NCBI GenBank assembly: GCA_021777565.1
Contig: JAJYDJ010000005.1
Location: forward strand, 30,400-94,399
Source: a bacterium
GTDB taxonomy: Bacteria; Patescibacteriota; Microgenomatia; Levybacterales; UBA12049
Reading direction: 5' to 3'
DNA: 64,000 nucleotides
Shown here: positions 18,767-25,199 of the stretch, in pieces
How the letters are laid out: the number at the start of each line of letters is the position of its first letter
Position numbering within the stretch: the first letter of the stretch is position 1
Made by a program: the position numbers and the translations under genes
Notes under the pieces: generated by a model
What the model saw: only the letters and a program-made list of their open reading frames with translations
What the model was told of the DNA's origin: nothing
The model's database searches: none

Positions 18767-19476
18767 TGGTTTTTTACCTTCTGCACTGGGTACTTCCAGT
18801 GACACTCATCAATTGGGGATTTTTTATACCCTATTTTTATGTACGCAATCATTATAAGCTAAATTATGTCCGTTACAGTGTCCCTATTGCGCTCTATTTT
18901 ATCCTTGGATGCTTCACAACATTTGTTACCTATCCTGAGATATATCGCGCACCACTCATAGTATTCCCTCCACAAGGCATTGCGTTGGTCTCAATTCTCC
19001 TCTTTCTTCTTCTTTTAGTTATCATCGATCGAACACAACACAAATTATTCGTATCAACTGCCATTGATGACTACCTGATTACCTATCATGGGTCTGCCTT
19101 TGTTCACTTAAATGCCAGGTTTTTCTTACCAAAATTCTTTGATGTGCTTTTTCAACAAATGTTAGTGCTTGCAGCTGTTGTTGGTCTCACTACCTTTCAT
19201 ATGCCACTTCTCACCCTCTGTATTATTTTCGGGCTTATCTTTCTTCTTGGGCATATCATAACTCTGTTTATCAATGCAGTCCGGGGCAAATCAGTTCCAC
19301 TCACAACAGGGATCACCTTCTGCGTAGCCTCATTTTTTGCTGGGGTTATTTGGCCATATATATTGCTTCGTGTGCCTTATGGATACATTTATACGTTTAT
19401 CACTCATATGGGTTACTACATACTTTTAGGTATGTATACGCGCTACACAATTAAAAAGTCGAGTATTACTGAATAG
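18763..19476 (+). CDS. Polytopic membrane protein of unknown function, translationally coupled to ftsA (ATGA overlap), in the position where ftsZ is usually found
   Basis: 237 aa, about 7 hydrophobic helices. No CAAX-protease or other motif recognised. Confidence 0.55.
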   Translation: MMVFYLLHWVLPVTLINWGFFIPYFYVRNHYKLNYVRYSVPIALYFILGCFTTFVTYPEIYRAPLIVFPPQGIALVSILLFLLLLVIIDRTQHKLFVSTAIDDYLITYHGSAFVHLNARFFLPKFFDVLFQQMLVLAAVVGLTTFHMPLLTLCIIFGLIFLLGHIITLFINAVRGKSVPLTTGITFCVASFFAGVIWPYILLRVPYGYIYTFITHMGYYILLGMYTRYTIKKSSITE

Positions 19477-19530
19477 TTACTTATTTTCCACTTGACAACA
19501 AAAGAGTAACAGTCTCATGATAAAGATATC

Positions 19531-20271
19531 ATGAAGTACGGCATTCTTTTTCTTCTGGGGACTACTATTCTTTTGTTATCCCTCTGGTACGTGCTTTCTC
19601 AGGGCCTTTTTATCCCTCATGGTTCCCCTGCTATTAGCAAAGATACTCATCATTGGTATGCAAAGCCTGTTGAAGTGACAGATTATAATCTGGGGCATGA
19701 TCTTTTCGGCCTTCCGACTGGGTATTTTCGTGCCTGGTACGTCGGAGATTATATCAGCAGCACCAATATCTTAGGTGGATCAAAGATTGTTATTGCGGTA
19801 TTCAGGGACTTCCGTCCTAATGTACCAGTCGGTACAGGAGCATGTGACACGCTTGCGCAACTTTTTATCATCAAACCCGCGCTCACTCCATTTGTCTATT
19901 TTGACGCAAAGTACTCTCCAGAAAATATCGTGCTCAGGGGATATGGACCTCAAAACCAAATCCAAAAAGGAACGGGGGGCACAAATCCAATTCAATTCCA
20001 GCAGCTAGATATCGCCTACATGCCCTCTCTTGAATTCCCAGGATTTATAAAACACAATAGCCATGTCTACGCAAGGGAGATCAGGCCATACTCTTGTTTT
20101 GTTATTAATGCCAATAATGAAACAGAATTTTTCTTTGATGACATAAAAGAGACTCTGACACCTCTCTATTGGGATAGTGTTTTGGGACAAGCATACCTTG
20201 ACTCTGTCAAGCATGATATCGTTTTCCGTATGCCTGATGGACTAGTCGCGCGATATGAATTGAAACAATAA
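19531..20271 (+). CDS. Hypothetical exported/membrane-anchored protein (246 aa)
   Basis: N-terminal signal-anchor (MKYGILFLLGTTILLLSLWYVLS). No recognised domain. Confidence 0.5.
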   Translation: MKYGILFLLGTTILLLSLWYVLSQGLFIPHGSPAISKDTHHWYAKPVEVTDYNLGHDLFGLPTGYFRAWYVGDYISSTNILGGSKIVIAVFRDFRPNVPVGTGACDTLAQLFIIKPALTPFVYFDAKYSPENIVLRGYGPQNQIQKGTGGTNPIQFQQLDIAYMPSLEFPGFIKHNSHVYAREIRPYSCFVINANNETEFFFDDIKETLTPLYWDSVLGQAYLDSVKHDIVFRMPDGLVARYELKQ

Positions 20272-20279
20272 CTGATGTT

Positions 20280-21206
20280 ATGAAAAAAAGTCCATCACCA
20301 AAACGGGCAAAAAGACACGGGATCTGGTATTGTTTCTGCTATAGCGAGAACGGCAAAATTCGTGTGCAAATTCCTATCATCTTAGGATGTTTTGTCCTTA
20401 TTTTCGTGGGGTATCATCTTTACCAAACGTATACTCGACCCTCCAACCAGCTCCCACCAACAGGTATCTCCCCAACGCCATCAGGGCCATCCACCACACA
20501 ACCCACACTCAGTCCACTCACAACTGACTTTCAAAAACTTCTTGCTCAGAAATGCGTTAAGAATACCCGATATGAGAATGGTATTGTACAGACATTTTAT
20601 GAGATACCTATTTCGGACCTGCCAATTTCGATAGACCAAACAAAAGTACCTATTCGATTCCCCTACCTTCACTCGCTCAGTTGTAAACAAGAGTTACCTA
20701 ACCATGCAGATGTGAGACTCATTACCCCTCAACAACCACCAGAGCCCAACGCAGTCACTATGTATATTTGGGATAAGGATTCGCAAGAAGAAGGCCAAGG
20801 ACTTCCCCCATGGTATGCTAGTCCCCCACAATGGTCGCTGCCAATTTATAAAACGAATGACACTGTTATCTATGCCCATATCGGAGGAGTCATGTGGTAC
20901 AAACTTGGACTTATGTATGTTGGCATTCATGCCGTGAAAACAATCCACCAGACCAATGGTGATGATATTTATGTAACTTACCTCCAAGAAGCAATTCCTG
21001 CAAGAGACAATCGTCTGGCAACCCTTTTTACTAAATATGTAAAACAAGCAAGCGACGGTGCTTACTATCTAGATGATAGTAAAGGGAGCGATTGTATCCA
21101 GGATATAAAAAAGACATTTTTTGCCGACATGAGTAGTCTTGCCAACCCTGAAAAAGATGTCATAACCCATGTCCTTACCGTGCTGAATGGCTTCAAAGCA
21201 AAGTGA
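20280..21206 (+). CDS. Hypothetical bitopic protein (308 aa) with a Pro/Thr-rich linker
   Basis: Basic N-terminus, one TM (IPIILGCFVLIFVGY), PT-rich linker. No recognised domain. Confidence 0.5.
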   Translation: MKKSPSPKRAKRHGIWYCFCYSENGKIRVQIPIILGCFVLIFVGYHLYQTYTRPSNQLPPTGISPTPSGPSTTQPTLSPLTTDFQKLLAQKCVKNTRYENGIVQTFYEIPISDLPISIDQTKVPIRFPYLHSLSCKQELPNHADVRLITPQQPPEPNAVTMYIWDKDSQEEGQGLPPWYASPPQWSLPIYKTNDTVIYAHIGGVMWYKLGLMYVGIHAVKTIHQTNGDDIYVTYLQEAIPARDNRLATLFTKYVKQASDGAYYLDDSKGSDCIQDIKKTFFADMSSLANPEKDVITHVLTVLNGFKAK

Positions 21207-21224
21207 CCCATGTCACATTTTCCT

Positions 21225-21253
21225 TGAAAAATAGACAATTATAGGCTATAATC
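21225..21253 (+). promoter_or_regulatory. Near-perfect sigma70 promoter driving the GC-rich island
   Basis: TTGAAA(21225-21230), 17-nt spacer, TATAAT(21248-21253). Confidence 0.55.
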
Positions 21254-21325
21254 CTTCTACTTCATCCAAATAAAGCTTTTGGCATGCAAGTGAACATTAA
21301 CAAGTCGTTATTGCAAAACCAGATG

Positions 21326-21370
21326 TACGGGAAGGAATACCTAGATCTTCAAGGTATTGCTTTCCGTACA
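21326..21370 (+). promoter_or_regulatory. Long leader hairpin: 17-bp stem with one mismatch and one G-U pair
   Basis: GTACGGGAAGGAATACC-tagatcttcaa-GGTATTGCTTTCCGTAC. A second, perfect 14-nt palindrome GCGTCATATGACGC lies at 21427-21440. Confidence 0.4.
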
Positions 21371-21462
21371 GTCTGGTAGGGAGCGAATCGTAGCAAGTCG
21401 GATGAATCCCTTGCGGCACCAGCATGCGTCATATGACGCCATTACCCATTTAGGAGGTCCTA

Positions 21463-21746
21463 TGGAGAACAGCTTGTTTAGGGAACTTACCGGCTCTTCC
21501 TACGAGGAGCTTGTGGCCCAACTGCAGCCTGGGGAAACCCTAGCTGTTGAGTTGAAGACCAAACTCCCACTCGCAAGAGTGCTTTGGATGGCTCTTCACG
21601 GAGTGTACATACTCGACGTGAAGGTAGCGTTAGTGGTGTCCTCACCAGAGGCCTACGCGCGAATAAAAGCTGCCCAGAGACTTCCAATCGGAAGATGGAT
21701 CGCGGTCCCAAACTCTGATGAGTTTAACCCCTTAGGCGCAATCTAA
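21463..21746 (+). CDS. Candidate small protein (95 aa) in a GC-rich island. Alternatively the whole 21.33-21.79 kb segment is a structured non-coding RNA
   Basis: AGGAGG Shine-Dalgarno site 4-5 nt before the ATG, which is rare in this window. GC is about 55 % against about 42 % around it. Open frame MENSLFRELTGSSYEELVAQLQPGETLAVELKTKLPLARVLWMALHGVYILDVKV.... No similarity recognised. Confidence 0.35.
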
Positions 21747-21903
21747 CCTTGTGGAAGAGAGCCGCACTCTTTCGCCTCCTTTGCAACCAACGATAAAGAA
21801 AAAACAAACAAAACCAGGCACCACTGCCTTATATTGAAAATACAAGAAAAAACAATATATGGTGCCCTTAATCCTTAAGAAGCGTTACGAAGAAAAATGA
21901 ATG

Positions 21904-21975
21904 TGGACGATAGAGGATTCGGACCTCTGACATCTTCAATGTGAATGAAGCGCTCTACCGCTGAGCTAATCGTCC
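21904..21975 (-). tRNA. tRNA-Val (anticodon CAC)
   Basis: Acceptor GGACGAT/ATCGTCC, D-arm GCTC-AGCGGTA-GAGC, anticodon stem CTTCA/TGAAG with loop TTCACAT, T-arm AGAGG-TCCGAAT-CCTCT, discriminator A. The T-loop has C where U55 is expected. Confidence 0.85.
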
Positions 21976-22035
21976 CGACTAGCCTTATTTTACACTAATT
22001 CCGCCTCGTTGACAAAGCTAGGCGTTTTTCAGACA

Positions 22036-22611
22036 ATGAAGATAGCTATGCATCTGCTTCGAAAGATTTATTATTTTCTCCTCGATACCTTAGAAAGCCT
22101 TCTGATTGCTGGTGCTATCTTTTTGGTTCTCTACATTTGGATTGGCAGACCATTCCAAGTTAGTGGTGATTCAATGTTCCCAAATTTTCATGATGGCCAG
22201 TATGTCCTGACTAACATTATCGGCATGCATTTCCAGATGCCCCAAAGAGGTGATGTCATCGTCTTTGTGGCCCCCCCTGATCCTGATAAAGACTACATTA
22301 AGCGCGTGATAGGGCTTCCGGGAGATACCGTAAGTCTCAAAGACGGTGATGTTTATTTAAACAATCAGAAACTTGATGAAAGTAGTTATATTAAACCAGA
22401 AGTCAGAACCTATGGAGGGTCATTTCTCGTTAATAACGCAAGTGTGAACGTGCCACCAGGCAATTATTTTGTGATGGGAGATAATCGTGAGTTCAGCTCT
22501 GACTCGAGGGAGTGGGGATTTGTCCCAGAGAAGAATGTTATCGGGTATTCATTCCTTGTATACTGGCCACTCAATACGCTTCATACCGTCAGTAACCCTT
22601 ATCAAAAATAG
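22036..22611 (+). CDS. lepB: Signal peptidase I (LepB, S26 family)
   Basis: SGDSMFPNF (catalytic Ser), KRVIGLPGD (Lys), GDNREFSSDSR. The ORF track starts at a TTG (22009); the ATG at 22036 is preferred. Confidence 0.8.
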   Translation: MKIAMHLLRKIYYFLLDTLESLLIAGAIFLVLYIWIGRPFQVSGDSMFPNFHDGQYVLTNIIGMHFQMPQRGDVIVFVAPPDPDKDYIKRVIGLPGDTVSLKDGDVYLNNQKLDESSYIKPEVRTYGGSFLVNNASVNVPPGNYFVMGDNREFSSDSREWGFVPEKNVIGYSFLVYWPLNTLHTVSNPYQK

Positions 22612-22634
22612 TGAGTAGTTATTCTTTTACTCAC
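22611..22634. terminator. Hairpin shared by convergent lepB and parB, overlapping both stop codons
   Basis: GTGAGTA-gttattcttt-TACTCAC. The plus strand is A-rich before it, which gives a U-tract for the minus-strand (parB) transcript. Confidence 0.4.
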
Positions 22635-23496
22635 CCAGAAGTTGTTTGGTGATCTCTTTAAGCTTTTCAGTCGTATCTTCGAATTTTCCATCAATCTGGA
22701 TATACACTTTGACTGCACGTTCAGACTGGTTAATTTTCACTTTTACATCTTTACGATCTGTCTTATCCTCTGATTTGGCGAATGCGTAACGTTGCTTGAT
22801 ACGCTTTGCCATCTCATCCAGCTCTGGGATATAGAGTTTATTTACGGTTTTATTCTTGGCAGTTTTTGGTTGTGTCTTGGCACGAGCTTCGCGAGCCATA
22901 TCTTCTGCTTCACGAACCGTACTGTTATTCTTCAAAATTTGTTTAAAAAGGGTGAGCATGAGATTGGTATCGCCAAGGGAAATCAGACTTCTAACATGCC
23001 CTTCAGAGATCACACCAGCAACGAGCGCATCTTTGATGGCATCTGGGAGTGTGAGAAGTCGGATAGTATTTGAGACCGTAGGGACACTTTTTCCGACTCT
23101 TTTGGCAACATCAGACATTTCAAGGCCAAATTCATCGATAAGACGCTTATATGCTAGTCCTCTTTCAATTGGGTTCAAGTCTTCACGCTGGACATTCTCA
23201 ACGATAGACATTTCAAGCATTTCACGAGGAGATGAATTACGAATAACAACAGGTACTGTTTTCAATCCAACTATTTTTGAAGCACGCAGACGTCTTTCCC
23301 CAGCAATAAGCTGATATCCGGCTGGTGTGTCAGCCACGACTAATGGCTCTAATACACCTTGTTCACGAATGGATTCTACGAGGTCTGAGAGTGATTCTGA
23401 AGCAATAACTCCACGTGGTTGCAGAGGATTAAACTGGATGAGATTTACATCCAACTCCGTGATGACTGTTTTGTTGTTATTATCCATGGTGGACAC
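22627..23496 (-). CDS. parB: Chromosome partitioning protein ParB/Spo0J
   Basis: ParB box ([12 protein letters not shown]), HTH region ([22 protein letters not shown]), basic C-terminal dimerisation region. Confidence 0.85.
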   Translation of the reverse strand: MSTMDNNNKTVITELDVNLIQFNPLQPRGVIASESLSDLVESIREQGVLEPLVVADTPAGYQLIAGERRLRASKIVGLKTVPVVIRNSSPREMLEMSIVENVQREDLNPIERGLAYKRLIDEFGLEMSDVAKRVGKSVPTVSNTIRLLTLPDAIKDALVAGVISEGHVRSLISLGDTNLMLTLFKQILKNNSTVREAEDMAREARAKTQPKTAKNKTVNKLYIPELDEMAKRIKQRYAFAKSEDKTDRKDVKVKINQSERAVKVYIQIDGKFEDTTEKLKEITKQLLGE

Positions 23497-23731
23497 TTAC
23501 TGTTTTCTTACCCTGCCGACGACCAAATTTCACAATTCCATCTACCAGAGCAAAAAGTGTGTAGTCATGACCTGTCCCAACACCAACTCCAGCAGCAACT
23601 TTTGTCCCTTTTTGACGTACGATAATATTGCCTGTCTTTACTGGTTGGCCGCCATATCTCTTAACGCCCAAGCGCTTTGCGATACTATCTCTATTTACTC
23701 TTGTTTTACCACCTGATTTTGTATGTGCCAT
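23480..23731 (-). CDS. rpmA: 50S ribosomal protein L27
   Basis: [31 protein letters not shown].... There is no Firmicutes-type N-terminal propeptide and no prp gene between rplU and rpmA. Confidence 0.9.
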   Translation of the reverse strand: MAHTKSGGKTRVNRDSIAKRLGVKRYGGQPVKTGNIIVRQKGTKVAAGVGVGTGHDYTLFALVDGIVKFGRRQGKKTVSVHHG

Positions 23732-23749
23732 ATATTCTTTCTCTGCGTA

Positions 23750-24067
23750 TTATGCAGCAATCTTTTCTATCTTAACACGAGTCAGTGTTGCACGAAAACC
23801 CCGTACTTTTCGGTAACGAGCTTTTGCTTTGAACTTAGCAACGCGTACTTTTTCACCTTTTTCGTCTCCAACGACTGTCCCAGTCACCTGAGCACCTTTG
23901 ACTTCTGGCTGCCCAACGGTTCTCTTATCACCATCCACGACAAAAAGGACATGTTCAAGGGTAATTGACTCCCCTGGCTGTGCATCTTTAATGTGGTCAA
24001 AAGAGACAGTTTCACCAACACTTACTTTGTATTGCTTACCACTGTGCGCGACGACTGCGTAATTCAT
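23750..24067 (-). CDS. rplU: 50S ribosomal protein L21
   Basis: MNYAVVAHSGKQYKVSVGETV...RYRKVRGFRATLTRVKI. Confidence 0.9.
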   Translation of the reverse strand: MNYAVVAHSGKQYKVSVGETVSFDHIKDAQPGESITLEHVLFVVDGDKRTVGQPEVKGAQVTGTVVGDEKGEKVRVAKFKAKARYRKVRGFRATLTRVKIEKIAA

Positions 24068-24088
24068 AGGTAAATTATAGCAAAAGCC

Positions 24089-25174
24089 TCAACGGATTTC
24101 CACCAGTGATTTTTCCTCGCTGGAGATGAGCTTTGTGGCAAATCCAAGAAAGATCGTACTAGTCAAAAGTGAACTCCCCCCATAGGAGAAAAATGGCAGA
24201 GTAATGCCTACAATTGGCAAAACGCCAATATTCATCCCCACATTGACCACGCTTTGGACAAAAAGGAAGCCAAACGTGAGCGTCAGAAAGTAGAAAACGA
24301 ACTGGTCAGAGGCACTTCTGGCAAGAGATGATATCCTCCACAGATACAAAAGGACAGCCACCAGGACCAGGGTAGCACCAATAAAACCGGTAGCCTCTGA
24401 ATAACTGGCGAACATGAAGTCCGTATGTCTCTCAGGAAGGAAACGAAGCATCGACTGCGTTCCTACCCCGACCCCTCTTCCCCACCACTGCCCCGAGCCA
24501 ACTGCAATCATTGACTGAATACTGTTATAGGAGCTTCCAAGAGGATCATGATTGGTTGAGAAAAAGTTAACCAGGCGCTCTCTCTGATAATCATGCAGAA
24601 AATGCCATAAAATTGGTGACAGCACGGCCAAACTCCCAATGCCAATGGCAAAATACTTGAAAGGGAAGCCCATCACGACAAAAAGTATCAGCATAGCAAA
24701 GACATAGACCAGCGCACTTCCCAGATCAGGCTCTCGATACACCATAAAAATAATAGGGAAGGCGAGTAGGCACGTAGTCAGAAGTGTCTTTAAATTCTTT
24801 TCTTTATGTACCAGAAGTTGGGCAAGCCAGAGTGCGAAAAAAGGTTTAAGAATCTCAGAAATTTGAATACTATAATTGCCGATAGAGAACCAACGTACAG
24901 CGCCACGACTCGCGATCCCCAAGAACGAAAGGATAAAGAGAAAGAGGAGTGCCATAGCATAAATTCCCCAGGACCTGGCAGCAATTTCGCGTACATCAAA
25001 AAGCTGAATGACAAAAAATACGATGACACTAAGGACAAGGAAGACACACTGGCTCACAAAAATATCCTGATTCATGGAATGAAGCATGATAAGACTTGCT
25101 CCCAGAAGGAAAAAAATCGGCAGAAACAATAGTCCGTCAAAATACCATCTTCCCATATAATCCTTGTGCAGCAC
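24089..25174 (-). CDS. rodA: SEDS-family protein, RodA-like (second FtsW/RodA paralog)
   Basis: FtsW/RodA family, 10 TM (PDLGSA, GSGQWWGRG, GGSSLL motifs). It lies outside the division cluster, so an elongation role is inferred. Confidence 0.65.
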   Translation of the reverse strand: MLHKDYMGRWYFDGLLFLPIFFLLGASLIMLHSMNQDIFVSQCVFLVLSVIVFFVIQLFDVREIAARSWGIYAMALLFLFILSFLGIASRGAVRWFSIGNYSIQISEILKPFFALWLAQLLVHKEKNLKTLLTTCLLAFPIIFMVYREPDLGSALVYVFAMLILFVVMGFPFKYFAIGIGSLAVLSPILWHFLHDYQRERLVNFFSTNHDPLGSSYNSIQSMIAVGSGQWWGRGVGVGTQSMLRFLPERHTDFMFASYSEATGFIGATLVLVAVLLYLWRISSLARSASDQFVFYFLTLTFGFLFVQSVVNVGMNIGVLPIVGITLPFFSYGGSSLLTSTIFLGFATKLISSEEKSLVEIR

Positions 25175-25199
25175 TGGAGGTATGGGGTTTGCAGCAGGT

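Noticed and set aside
21330-21790. The GC-rich segment might be RNase P RNA, tmRNA or SRP RNA, given the right size class and high GC in an AT-rich context
   Set aside because: There is no P4 strand (GGAAAGUCCGGGC or ACAGAANCCGGCUUA), no tRNA-like T-arm (GGUUCGAnUCC) with an acceptor, and no SRP domain IV motif. One stretch (AAACTCCCACTCGCAAGAG) vaguely resembles the RNase P J11/12 region, but it is isolated. The region is kept as an unknown element, not a named RNA.
22268-22278. A C7 homopolymer inside lepB as a possible phase-variation tract
   Set aside because: It encodes the Pro-Pro of VAPPDPD in a conserved region of an essential gene. A short C-run in a low-GC genome is weak evidence for slipped-strand switching.
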